In this document: piece by piece, positions 46,910 through 56,519 of the stretch | How positions within the stretch are numbered: the stretch's first letter is position 1 | Layout: each line of letters begins with the position of its first letter | Assembly (NCBI GenBank): GCA_963662465.1 | Contig: OY759599.1 | Span: 3,040,001-3,104,000, forward strand | DNA: 64,000 nt | Direction: 5' to 3' | From: Desulfatiglandales bacterium | Lineage (GTDB): Bacteria; Desulfobacterota; DSM-4660; Desulfatiglandales; Desulfatiglandaceae | The notes under the pieces: generated by a model | Database searches by the model: none | What the model was told of the DNA's origin: nothing | What the model saw: only the letters and a program-made list of their open reading frames with translations | Program-made: the position numbers and the translations under genes

Positions 46910-49519
46910 CTAAACGCTTTCCGAATTCTTGACAGCGCCCACGGCTTCCGCATGGCGCGTTGAAAAAACCTCCCCTGCCCTGGCCTTGGCCGCTTTCCGC
47001 TCCATCCTGTGCGCCTCGTCAGACGCTTCCCGAGCCGCTTCCACAGCCACCTCGATCTTCATCATTTCTTCCCGGTCAACCCCCGGCTGCGCAGCCGCCA
47101 TGGTCTCGCTCAACCGGATTTCGGCCTCTTGCGCTTTCTCCCGGGCCTGGGCCGCTGCCTTTTCCGCCTGTTCAGCCTTGTTTTCGGCATCCGTAAGGGC
47201 ATCCAGAGCGGCGGCCACCTCCCCATGTTTTCCCTCTTCCGGCTCCGCATCCAGGTCGATATCCTCGGCCGCCAACACCAGGGCAACCATCATCCCCCGC
47301 TCGGCCAGGCTGTCGATATCCGTATTGTAGGCCCCGATAATTTGCCCGCTCCCAATGCGAAAGGGCATTAATACCAGGGTCGCTTCCCCGGAGTTTGAGG
47401 CAATGGATACCTCGTCCGGATCCATGACCACCTGGGGATACGCATCTATTCGAATGTCATCCAGCATCCGACCAAGACTTTCCTTGAGGGTTGCAAGATC
47501 CTTTTCCGGTCCCGAGGCGGCAGCCATCAGGCAGATCCGGGCGTCTTCCCATGCGGGGTTCCGCGTCATGAGGTGGGCCAGCAGAAGCATCAACCGTCCG
47601 CTTCGATCATCCCGCCACCATAGGTCGATACGCCGATTAGAAGGAGGAACCGTTTCCAGCTTTGCCCAGGCCTCCGGCGGGGCCACCAGCAAAAGGATAT
47701 TGCATCCCAATCGAAAGGCCGCCTTGATATTGTTGGCATAGGCGGTTTTTCGAATGCCTAAAATCCCTTTCCGAAGGGACCCGGACCAGTTGAAAAGGGC
47801 CATATTGGCCTTTAAGGGGCCCACGCCGAAAGATTGAATCAGGGTCGGAAGACTCTCTTGAAGGTTTTGGGCCGTCACCACCAGCGGGAAAGCTTTGGAG
47901 CGATTTTCGGCAATGTCTTTTTCAAGTTCCCCCCTTGCCACTTCCCCCATACGCGCCGTCTTCATTGCGTCCCCTTCCAGCATACGCACCGCCGTGACCA
48001 GACCGCTTCCCCCATGAATCCATGAGGCAAAAGTCAACAGGGACTTTCGCCGCTCCGCATGGTTTGAAAACACCAGCATCTGGGGACGCCAGTCCCGGGG
48101 ATGCTCCGTTTCCGCGGATGCCGCCAGTAGATGCTCCCGAACCTGCTGAAGATGATGGGATCGGCGGCTGTCCGCCCATCGGGACGGCCCGCCGGTTCGT
48201 TTCAAGTATTGAAATATCGCAAACAGAACCGCCACCGCCGCAATTCCAGCGGTAAAATCGATGGCCAGCATAACCCCCAGACAGGCCATGGCGCCGACCA
48301 GACTGAGACGGGGGTGAAACCACCGAAATCGGGGACGAAAAGAGGGACTGGCCGATCGTGCTTCAAAAAAAGTGGCATAATTCAAAAGGCCGTAGCTGAT
48401 GAGAAAAAACATGCTCACCACGGGAGCGATGACGTTCAGGTTGCCCAGGGCAATGGTAGCAAAAGCAATGCCGGTACTCAAAAGAACGCCCCGACGGGGA
48501 TTGTTATTGGGGCCGGCGCCTTTTGAAAAGGGCAGGAGAAATGGAAAAATACGGTCGGAAGCCAGGGATTGAAGGATGCGGGGCGCCCCCAGAAAGGAAG
48601 CCATGGCCGATGAGAGGGTGGCCGCGATAACGCCCGCGTCAATGAGAAAGGCAAAATGGGCCGCTTTGGCCATGGCCCCATAGTCCCCCGCCAGAATCCC
48701 CTGGGGCAGAGCCCCCGCAAACACCAGGGCCACCCCGAAATAGACCAGGATGGAGATCCCCACTGCCATAAAGGTGCCCATGGGCAGGCTCTTCCCGGGA
48801 TCCTTCAGGTCCCCGGACATACTGACCCCTTGGGTGAATCCGGTCACCGCGGGGAAAAAGATGGCAAACAACGCCCAGAAAGGAAGGCCCGACGAGGGTC
48901 TCTGCCAGCTTTCGGAAAAAACAGCGGAGTCCCACAAGGACAGCCCTCCCCAAAAAAAAGAGACCAGGGCCGCAGAGATCAGGATCATAACCCCGTATTG
49001 AAACCGGGTGGCCCAGTCGGCGCCCAGCCAGGCCAGGACGAAAAGGAGGGAAACGGCAATCCCCGCAATCATCCGCGTGGACAGCCAGGGGACGCCGGCC
49101 AGGATGTCGGCCATGGCTTCCCCGAAGCCCATGCAATAAAATGCAATGGAAACGGATTGGGCCAGAAACAACACAATGCCGATGGCCCCGCCGAACTCCA
49201 CGCCCAGGGTTCGGGAAATCAGGTAATAGTCCCCGCCGCCTTTCACCTTGAGATTGGTGGAGATGGCCGCTAAAGAGATACTGGTCAACACTGAAATGGC
49301 GTTGGCCAGGCCGATCATCATCAAGGCCCGGGTCAAACCCGCGTTCCCCACCACATAGCCCAGTCGAAGGAACAGGATTATCCCTAGAATGGTCAATACA
49401 CTGGGGGTAAACACACCGGCGAATGTTCCCAGTTTACCGGTTGAAGATTCGGACGTCAGATTCGGGAGCGTGTTTTGTTTCACGAATTGTTCTCGGGGAG
49501 GAATTCTATTCACCGACAT
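46910..49519 (-). CDS. Cation-chloride cotransporter (SLC12/APC superfamily) homologue
   Basis: GVFTPS..ILGIILFLR, GGGDYYLISRTLG.EFGG, FFPAVTG..MSGDLKDP, WRPQ and a large cytoplasmic domain; Ala/Glu-rich coiled-coil tail. Confidence 0.88.
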   Translation of the reverse strand: MSVNRIPPREQFVKQNTLPNLTSESSTGKLGTFAGVFTPSVLTILGIILFLRLGYVVGNAGLTRALMMIGLANAISVLTSISLAAISTNLKVKGGGDYYLISRTLGVEFGGAIGIVLFLAQSVSIAFYCMGFGEAMADILAGVPWLSTRMIAGIAVSLLFVLAWLGADWATRFQYGVMILISAALVSFFWGGLSLWDSAVFSESWQRPSSGLPFWALFAIFFPAVTGFTQGVSMSGDLKDPGKSLPMGTFMAVGISILVYFGVALVFAGALPQGILAGDYGAMAKAAHFAFLIDAGVIAATLSSAMASFLGAPRILQSLASDRIFPFLLPFSKGAGPNNNPRRGVLLSTGIAFATIALGNLNVIAPVVSMFFLISYGLLNYATFFEARSASPSFRPRFRWFHPRLSLVGAMACLGVMLAIDFTAGIAAVAVLFAIFQYLKRTGGPSRWADSRRSHHLQQVREHLLAASAETEHPRDWRPQMLVFSNHAERRKSLLTFASWIHGGSGLVTAVRMLEGDAMKTARMGEVARGELEKDIAENRSKAFPLVVTAQNLQESLPTLIQSFGVGPLKANMALFNWSGSLRKGILGIRKTAYANNIKAAFRLGCNILLLVAPPEAWAKLETVPPSNRRIDLWWRDDRSGRLMLLLAHLMTRNPAWEDARICLMAAASGPEKDLATLKESLGRMLDDIRIDAYPQVVMDPDEVSIASNSGEATLVLMPFRIGSGQIIGAYNTDIDSLAERGMMVALVLAAEDIDLDAEPEEGKHGEVAAALDALTDAENKAEQAEKAAAQAREKAQEAEIRLSETMAAAQPGVDREEMMKIEVAVEAAREASDEAHRMERKAAKARAGEVFSTRHAEAVGAVKNSESV

Positions 49520-50052
49520 CTCCCCCTTCCGCCTCTTCCCATGCCTTTGCCCCTCCCCATCCCTTTTCCTCTCCCCATACCTCGGCTTTGCCTTTGCCCG
49601 CCGGTCGGCTCAAATGGCGTCGTCCGGGTGCGCATGGGCTCATTTGAAGTCCCTTTCGCCGCGTTTAAGCTGTCCAGGGCTTTGGAAAGGAAAGTCCACA
49701 AACTCGAAAAGAAATTGGCTTTGGGCTGGATTTCCACATTGGGTTTTGGGGCTTTCTTTGTTTCCGTTTTCGCTCGGCCGGCCGAATAAAACACCTCTGC
49801 CTCCGGCTGTTCACGAGGTTTTTTTTGCACTGTGGGCGGTGTTTTTGGCCGGGAGGACAAAAAAGAGCTGAGTTCCTCATAGGAAAGGTTGATTTCTTTC
49901 AATTTTTCTTCCGCTTTCTTCTTCAGCCTGGGATTATCGCCCACACGATCCGGGTGCCAGATATTGACCAGATCCTTATAGGCTTGGCGTACGTCTTCAA
50001 TAGAAGCGTCTTTTGGAAGCTCAAGGGTTTCAAAACATCGCTGTATTTCCAT
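49510..50052 (-). CDS. J-domain protein with Gly/Arg-rich tail
   Basis: AYKDLVNIWHPD, KLKEIN..YE; tail (GMGRGK)2GMGRGG. Confidence 0.88.
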   Translation of the reverse strand: MEIQRCFETLELPKDASIEDVRQAYKDLVNIWHPDRVGDNPRLKKKAEEKLKEINLSYEELSSFLSSRPKTPPTVQKKPREQPEAEVFYSAGRAKTETKKAPKPNVEIQPKANFFSSLWTFLSKALDSLNAAKGTSNEPMRTRTTPFEPTGGQRQSRGMGRGKGMGRGKGMGRGGRGRCR

Positions 50053-50333
50053 TTTAATAGTCCTATTTTTTGTGTGAACAGATTATTCAAAATTGCAGGA
50101 TTTTTTCAAGATAACGGATCATACGCCAAAACGCCTCACTGTCAAAGAGATTTCAAAGCATCATATACGATGATAGAAACGATTTGACAGAAAATTACAA
50201 AAAAAATAACTTCCGATTTTAGATTTTACGATGGGATCTTAAAATCCCATACAATTTTTTTGCGCTATTCAGAAAAGACACCGGTACACGTATTGGGCTT
50301 GGTCCTAACTTCGCCCACTATCTGCTTCAGCCC

Positions 50334-50550
50334 GGGTGAGAATCAAGACTGTTGGAGAGTCCCTCGATTCCATTGCTCTCGGGAACGAAGGAAAAATGTG
50401 CGAATGAATTCGCACCTACATCCCGAGACCAGTGATGCACCGTTGTAGGTGCGACTTTAGTCGCACAACAAATGTGGCCACTTGCGACCAAACCACCGAC
50501 ACTCTGAAGCAGTTGACAGCCTAATTCTCCAACAGCCGTGATTTACACCC
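50334..50550. mobile_element. 217-bp MITE (inner)
   Basis: 25-bp inverted repeats (21/25) at 50334-50358 and 50526-50550; perfect 9-bp duplication CTTCAGCCC at 50325-50333 and 50551-50559. Confidence 0.85.
50398..50466. repeat. Pair of GTAG-type REP palindromes
   Basis: GTGCGAATGAATTCGCACCTAC (50398-50419) and GTAGGTGCGACTTTAGTCGCAC (50445-50466), in inverted orientation. Confidence 0.75.
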
Positions 50551-50554
50551 CTTC

Positions 50555-50751
50555 AGCCCTGAAAGGGCACTACATATTAGTCCAGGGCAACGCCCTGGGT
50601 GAGGATTCAACAACAATATGAGCCCTGAAAGGACGTTACATAAATTTAACCAGCCTATATCCTAATTCTTATAATGTCACGCCAGGGCTCAACATGTGCA
50701 ACCTGCCCCCAGAGCGTTGCCCTAGGCTGGTATGTTACGGCCTTTCAGGCC
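50555..50751. repeat. Palindromic repeat element with GCCCTGAAAGGGC and CCAGGGCAACGCCCTGG hairpins
   Basis: The left arm is mirrored by CCCAGAGCGTTGCCCTAGG..GGCCTTTCAGGCCT on the right; resembles Y1-transposase-associated repeats (inference). Confidence 0.65.
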
Positions 50752-51201
50752 TAAAATATACACAATCTTCCCATCGATTTGAAATATCCCGCACTTTCTC
50801 AACCTGAACTTTCTTTAGTCCAAACGGGCAAGGTTAGGACCAAGCCCGTCATTGGGCTCAAATCCGGAACACCTTACGGAACAGGGTGTTACCGGTGCTC
50901 TGAAAGGGGCTGTTTTTTCGTCTCTTGTGGTAATCATACTTAATCGTATGGTACCGCAAGCAGCTTGCCAACACGCCAAAGAATATTGGAAGTGTGAAAT
51001 CTTCTTTTAATAACAGCATATTATATTAATGAATGAGAGCAGCGGAAAAATATTGAAAGATTCGTTTGACCTCCATATATGGAGGTTCCACCAAATATTG
51101 AGGGCAGGCGATTTGTTCAACCTTGCAACGATTTCTCTTTATTTAACCTAATAATTTGTTCTTAAAGGATAATTTCAAATCCGTCACTTTTTTTTGATTC
51201 T

Positions 51202-51217
51202 TGGCAGGATAGTTGCA
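51202..51217 (+). promoter_or_regulatory. sigma54 promoter
   Basis: TGGCAG-GATAG-TTGCA, 80 bp upstream of the GNAT gene, preceded by an AT-rich region. Confidence 0.65.
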
Positions 51218-51296
51218 TGTAATATTAAGGTGAAGGCAAGTTGTATTTTTTTCATCGACCCTATTTGCATAAACACTCAAAGAGGAGATTAAAGGC

Positions 51297-52385
51297 TTGG
51301 AATCGAATCTTCCTGGTTTGCCAAGAACATTTTCCCTGATGGAATTTATCCCAAAGGAAGCTTCTGAAGATCTGTGGAATGCCTATTTCACCCTTTCGGA
51401 AACAATTTTTCGTGAGTTTAAACAAAAAGGCCGTCTGCCTGATCGTGATGTAATGAGGCGGCTTTTCCTGTCTCCCAACCCCCTCTATTCAGTCAATAGA
51501 TGGATGGTGTTTGATAAAGCCAAAAAGGCTGCCGCCTTTGCTTCCATCTCATATGATACGGAAATATCCCCGGATTACGGCAGCAATCGGCATCTCTGCC
51601 GGATTCATATTTCGGTTGCTCCCGCCTATCGGAGAAGAAAGATTGCAACGGTCCTGCTGAAACACCTGGTGGAAACAGCGAAACTTCTTGAAAAAACAAC
51701 CCTTATGACGGAGGTGGATAACCCTCTGGGTTTGGAATTTCGGAAACAGCTTCGGGGCGAACTGGTCCATGAAGAAGTTCAATATAGACTGGACATGGAG
51801 GACGTGAACTGGCAGGTGGTGGACAAATGGCTTCAGAGAGGCAGAACGAAACACTGGGACACAAAAATGGAGTTTTTTAAAGAATGCCCTGAGAAGGATA
51901 TCGAAGAATTCAGCCGCGTCTACACGGAAATCATCAACCAGCGCCCCACCGGTGATATGGGAGAAGAACTCATTACAACGCCGGAATCCAGGAGGATTGA
52001 GGAGCGCAATTTAAAGAAAAGAGGCATTCAATGGTACACAATGATCAGCCGTGAGCATGATGGCGGAATCAGCGGACTGACGGACATCATGTACCATCCC
52101 GAAGAGCCCCATCGGATGAATCAGTATTTCACGGGCATTTTGGTAAAGTACCGTAAAAGGGGGCTCGCCAAACGCCTGAAAGCTGAAATGCTTGCAGTCA
52201 TCAAAAACAAGTTCCCGGCGGTGGAATACATTACCACCAGCACGGCCAGAAACAATCGGCCCATGCAGGCGATCAACAAGGAACTGGGTTTTCGCCCTAT
52301 CAAGACCTGTTTTATGTTCCAATGGACCCGGCGGGAGTTGAAGAAGCAAACCGATGGGATGCTCTCAAACAATGAATTGTCATAG
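51297..52385 (+). CDS. Tandem-domain GNAT acetyltransferase
   Basis: V.PAYRRRKIAT and TGI..KYRKRGLA..LK, N.PM.AIN..LGF; GAGGAG RBS with TTG start. Confidence 0.85.
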   Translation: MESNLPGLPRTFSLMEFIPKEASEDLWNAYFTLSETIFREFKQKGRLPDRDVMRRLFLSPNPLYSVNRWMVFDKAKKAAAFASISYDTEISPDYGSNRHLCRIHISVAPAYRRRKIATVLLKHLVETAKLLEKTTLMTEVDNPLGLEFRKQLRGELVHEEVQYRLDMEDVNWQVVDKWLQRGRTKHWDTKMEFFKECPEKDIEEFSRVYTEIINQRPTGDMGEELITTPESRRIEERNLKKRGIQWYTMISREHDGGISGLTDIMYHPEEPHRMNQYFTGILVKYRKRGLAKRLKAEMLAVIKNKFPAVEYITTSTARNNRPMQAINKELGFRPIKTCFMFQWTRRELKKQTDGMLSNNELS

Positions 52386-53396
52386 ATCAAAAGTAGAAAA
52401 TGGGTTATCAAAAGGGTTGCCTCTTGTGATATGAAATTGGAGGCGCTCCAGGTCCATGATGATAGAGGTCACCGTCATGGAGGTGTCATCCGTAAGCCAC
52501 GGGTGAGAAAATCGTTTGCGACAGATGGGATGCTCTTCATCCGCGCGATCTCTCAAGATGTCCTTCATGGATTGTATGGAAGGATCATCGAGCATTTGCA
52601 ACAACTCCTTGGCGCGACGATACCGCCCCATGGTATTGGGAAATAGTTTGAGATCGTAATCCACTTTCGTCAGGAAATGGTTCGTGTGAGCAAAGAGGTC
52701 TTCCACCGGGATCGAAAAAACTTCATCGCCCCCGATTTCGATGTCTTCAACCCTTCCGGTCTGATCCGCGATCAGGATATTTCCGACTTTTCCCATCAGA
52801 TGGGGTTCAATCAGAGAGAGTGCCTCTTCCATGGTCTTGCTGTCAAGGATGGCCCTTAATATGACATGCAGCGGAATCCCGTATGGCCGGTACTCCTCGA
52901 TGCTCATGAAATTCAGACAAACACCGAGACCGCGGCGATTCATCCCGATTTTGCCGATCATCCCGGGTTCGGTCATGGTGATAATCCGATGGCCATCTTC
53001 CTTTTCAATATCGAGAATGACCGCCAGCTCCTCCACTTCCAGGTCCCAATCCCAATTCTGACCGATCAACTTCTCTTTCCTGAAAGCCAATGTGGTGCAT
53101 TCCATGGGGTTCAGATTTAAAAGCTCAGTGCGGCCATTTAAGGCATAAATCCATAGGGGTTCGGCTTCCGCCGCCTGGGCCATTGCTTCGATTTCAAGGT
53201 ACAGGTCCTCCCGGAAAGCCTTGGTGGCGTACCTGAATTCGTTGGCAATTCTTAGGATCTCCTCTTCAGGGATGAGGAATTGTTTTTTGTAAAATTCAAT
53301 CGTTTTGTGGATTCGCTCTTTTAACAGTTGTCCTTGCTGTCGGCCGAGATCTTCAGGCCCGCCCTGGATTTTAATGAGAGGAAAGTATCGGTCCAT
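52380..53396 (-). CDS. C45-family autoproteolytic acyltransferase/hydrolase (Ntn hydrolase)
   Basis: LN.RTE, ECTT, GQNWDW, KIGMN..GLGVCLN, HTNHF; start ATG 53396. Confidence 0.88.
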   Translation of the reverse strand: MDRYFPLIKIQGGPEDLGRQQGQLLKERIHKTIEFYKKQFLIPEEEILRIANEFRYATKAFREDLYLEIEAMAQAAEAEPLWIYALNGRTELLNLNPMECTTLAFRKEKLIGQNWDWDLEVEELAVILDIEKEDGHRIITMTEPGMIGKIGMNRRGLGVCLNFMSIEEYRPYGIPLHVILRAILDSKTMEEALSLIEPHLMGKVGNILIADQTGRVEDIEIGGDEVFSIPVEDLFAHTNHFLTKVDYDLKLFPNTMGRYRRAKELLQMLDDPSIQSMKDILRDRADEEHPICRKRFSHPWLTDDTSMTVTSIIMDLERLQFHITRGNPFDNPFSTFDL

Positions 53397-53771
53397 GGTT
53401 TTATGCTTTCTCGGAGTGTCAATTAATTTCGGCGCAGTTAGCAACGCCGGATGGCATATAAGGCTTTCAATGATATTAACATAATTTTTGGAAAGAAGCA
53501 TTGATTTTTCATAATATGCAGCAATTCTAAATTTGAATGGAGCCTAAACCGTTTTCTAGCTTATCCGCCGGTTTTAGATTGGGATATCCTCATTTTTTGA
53601 ATGCGGGCATTGGTATCAATCCGGGGAAATGAAGCATTATGGTCCGGCGAAAGAAAAAGAATATTGGCATTGGAATTAGGCACAGAAAAAGGCATAGTAC
53701 TCCCTGGGTGGTGTACTAATTTTTCGACGTATTGCACTGGGAAGGTTATTTTTAGCTTGTATCTGGGAGAT

Positions 53772-55097
53772 CTAGCTCGAGGCCCGGGCCATGAACGTCA
53801 GCATTGCCTCCCAGCTATTGAAGCAGACATACCGAGTTAAAGCTCGAATGTCTTGGAAGAAGGTTTTTCGAGTTGGCAAATCTTCTCGAATCCGCCTATA
53901 AACGTCGTCAAACATTTCCAACGCAGTATGGAAGAGAAAAGCCAGAAGATTTAACGTCAATAATAAATTTGATAGATGTTTTTTGCCATGGCCAAAATTG
54001 TGTTCAAGATGATAACATTTTGTTTTTAATACGTTGTTGTTTTCATTTTCAATTTGCCAGCGCGCCCGACCATCGGCGACGATTTGTTTCACATTGTCTT
54101 TGGATATGGTGAAATCGGTTGTAAACGCGTTTTTATATAAGCGCTTACCCGCAGCGGAAGTAATGGTCAGTTCACACCAGTTAACTTCCAAAGCCTTTTT
54201 GCCATCACGCAAAGGGACCTTATTTACGAAACGGTATGTATGTATATGATGAGTATTACCTCTCCGTATCTTTTCCACGACCGTTTTGACGGCATTCATT
54301 GCTTGGAGCTCTTCGACCCATTCATAGAGTATTTTGTGCGAGTTAGGTTTGCAAACGAGGATGAAGTGGAGGCCCTTATCCAATATCAACGTGCATATGG
54401 GTTGCCGACAATACAGATCGTCGCCCAAAATGATAATACCAAGGTCTTTGTATAATGGTGCATACTGCTTTATCCAACGTTTCGCGGCAACATTTTCACA
54501 GTCCTGTTTTTGGTATCCATCCTGAGGCGTTACAAACTCGGGGGGCAATGAAATAACCTTTTTCTGACCTGGAGCGACAAGTACGGGTGTAATTGCCGAG
54601 TGAAAATAGGTTATGGTTCCGTTTTTATGTTCTTTGCTGCTGCAATTTTTGCAATGGATCTTGTCGGAAGAAAAGGAATAAGTTCCATCCAGTGCGCACA
54701 ACAAATTGTTGCCGTAAGAACGAAATGTATTTAGTTGTTTTGATTCCTTTATTCCATCAAATACATAATGGAACATCGGATATGCTTCGGAGGGTGGAAC
54801 TTCATCCATCAAATTTCGAATGTGGTTATCAGAAGGAATTTCATCCATGTTAAACAGGGTTTGGGCATTGCTTATTCCTTTATTTTTCTGCATATCGCTT
54901 TGAAATGCCAGGAAAGAAGGGCTTTGAGTAAAAAAAATAGAAAATGCACCCAAGGCTGCGTCCTCAATGCTGTAGTGGCAGTTGGACCCTGTTCGTATAT
55001 AATGTATTATATGATTCAGATATGAAACAGTCAGAACACCTGGTATACGGCATTCCACCACGATTTCTAGTAGCTCTGAAAGCGGCGCCACAAACAC
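53772..55097 (-). CDS. ISNCY-family DDE transposase, 5' end uncertain or degraded
   Basis: RTG.N..Y, QSPSFLAFQ, ALDGT, QDG..KQDCE, LGDDLY, GRARWQIENENNNVLK, HLEHNFGHG. Confidence 0.85.
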   Translation of the reverse strand: MFVAPLSELLEIVVECRIPGVLTVSYLNHIIHYIRTGSNCHYSIEDAALGAFSIFFTQSPSFLAFQSDMQKNKGISNAQTLFNMDEIPSDNHIRNLMDEVPPSEAYPMFHYVFDGIKESKQLNTFRSYGNNLLCALDGTYSFSSDKIHCKNCSSKEHKNGTITYFHSAITPVLVAPGQKKVISLPPEFVTPQDGYQKQDCENVAAKRWIKQYAPLYKDLGIIILGDDLYCRQPICTLILDKGLHFILVCKPNSHKILYEWVEELQAMNAVKTVVEKIRRGNTHHIHTYRFVNKVPLRDGKKALEVNWCELTITSAAGKRLYKNAFTTDFTISKDNVKQIVADGRARWQIENENNNVLKTKCYHLEHNFGHGKKHLSNLLLTLNLLAFLFHTALEMFDDVYRRIREDLPTRKTFFQDIRALTRYVCFNSWEAMLTFMARASS

Positions 55098-55129
55098 ATC
55101 TCGTTACACATCCAGTTTTATGTCGCGTC

Positions 55130-55220
55130 GTAGGGGCAATCCCCCCGCGGTTGCCCTGCTTGTCCTTTCTTTCGGTGCTTAGACAGCATCAGCAGGGCAG
55201 GCGCAGGGGCCTGCCCCTAC
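55130..55220. repeat. 91-bp REP doublet (REPIN-like) inside the IS
   Basis: GTAGGGGCAATCCCCCCGCGGTTGCCCT ... AGGGCAGGCGCAGGGGCCTGCCCCTAC; inverted GTAG-REP pair. Confidence 0.8.
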
Positions 55221-55371
55221 AATAACATCCAGCGCCTAATGTTTTTCCCCTTATCCCCGGGCAGAATATGGGAATAAGGGGAATGCGACGTCCGTGAATG
55301 GCAACGAAAAAAACAAACCGCAGCCTATCTCAAAAACCATAATTAGAATTGCTGAGGCGCTGAGGGAGTCC

Positions 55372-55400
55372 TTGACAGATACGCCCTTTTTCCCTACATT
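55372..55400 (+). promoter_or_regulatory. sigma70 promoter
   Basis: TTGACA-N17-TACATT upstream of the kinase-USP genes. Confidence 0.6.
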
Positions 55401-55472
55401 ACTTCTTGTGCCGGACTGCGTTTCACCTGACAGTAAGAACGGATACCCTTATTGCAATAGAGACGGTTGATC

Positions 55473-56438
55473 ATGACAACCCCTTCCCAGGAAACTCTCA
55501 AACGAATGGTTTCCCGCTGGCTGCCTCCCCATCAGGCGCCCCAACGTTTTATAATCCATACGGATACAACCAACTTTGTCAGGGTGGAATATGACGATGT
55601 GGTAATCCTGGACGGGCGGCCCTATCTCATTCGCCATAATGCCAAGGAACAACGATTCGGGCTTGAAGATGAAGTCAAGTTCTGGGTCAAGCGGGCGATT
55701 GATCTGGAAGACGGCAGTCTGAAGATCATGAAACTTGTGTTTTACGAGAAGTTCATGTCCCGTATCGGGGATGTTGAATTTGAGCGTTTTCGAAGCCCTC
55801 AAAAGGAGGCCCGGATCCTCGATCTGGTCTCCGGTCACAAAAACTTCATGCACGGATATTCGATCCGGGATGAAAAGGGCAATCTCATCCGCATACTGGA
55901 TTTTATTAAAGGGAAAACCCTGGCCGCCCATGTGGAAAACATGGCTATGGATCATGAGGCCTATTACCATGAGCGCTTTCCTGGAATCCTGGACCATTTT
56001 TTTGAATGCGTGCAGGCCATCCATTTCCTGCATGAAAATGGCGAACGACACGGAGACCTTCGGCGGGATCATATCCTGATCGACCGGGAAACAGGTGATC
56101 ACCGCTGGATCGATTTTGACTTCAATTATCGGCACAGGGAAAACATATACGGCTTTGATCTGTTTGGTCTGGGCAATATCCTGGTGTTCTTAGCCGGCAT
56201 GGGAGATGTTCTCCCGCGGGATCTCAAACGGAAAAAACATCCGTCTCTCAGCGCACTGAGCGATACGGACCTGAATATCGTTTTCAACAATCGGGTCGTG
56301 AATCTCAAAAAGATTTACCCATACATACCCGAATCCCTTAACCGTATCCTTATGCATTTTTCAAAAGGCGCCAATTGGTTTTATGAGAACACGGTACAAC
56401 TTCTGGACGATCTGGAAGAGGTTAAAAACGATCATTAA
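55473..56438 (+). CDS. Atypical Ser/Thr protein-kinase-like protein
   Basis: IMK, KEARIL, ILDFIKG, AIHFLH..G..HGDLRRDH, WIDFD, DLFGLG. Confidence 0.75.
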   Translation: MTTPSQETLKRMVSRWLPPHQAPQRFIIHTDTTNFVRVEYDDVVILDGRPYLIRHNAKEQRFGLEDEVKFWVKRAIDLEDGSLKIMKLVFYEKFMSRIGDVEFERFRSPQKEARILDLVSGHKNFMHGYSIRDEKGNLIRILDFIKGKTLAAHVENMAMDHEAYYHERFPGILDHFFECVQAIHFLHENGERHGDLRRDHILIDRETGDHRWIDFDFNYRHRENIYGFDLFGLGNILVFLAGMGDVLPRDLKRKKHPSLSALSDTDLNIVFNNRVVNLKKIYPYIPESLNRILMHFSKGANWFYENTVQLLDDLEEVKNDH

Positions 56439-56519
56439 TTTTATACCGTATCCCTTACATGACTTTTTGTTCCGCCACAAACCTTGGCCACGGAAATTTG
56501 GCCGCTAAGGAGAAAAAAC

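Larger units (their letters stand above)
50295..50847. mobile_element. Non-autonomous element (outer MITE) with nested repeats
   Basis: 22-bp imperfect inverted repeats (20/22) at 50295-50316 and 50826-50847; no ORF; target duplication only approximate. Confidence 0.65.
53519..55354 (-). mobile_element. Second ISNCY/ISDol1-like insertion sequence, 1836 bp, no target duplication
   Basis: 12-bp inverted repeats CAGCAATTCTAA (53519-53530) and TTAGAATTGCTG (55343-55354); flanks differ. Confidence 0.85.
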
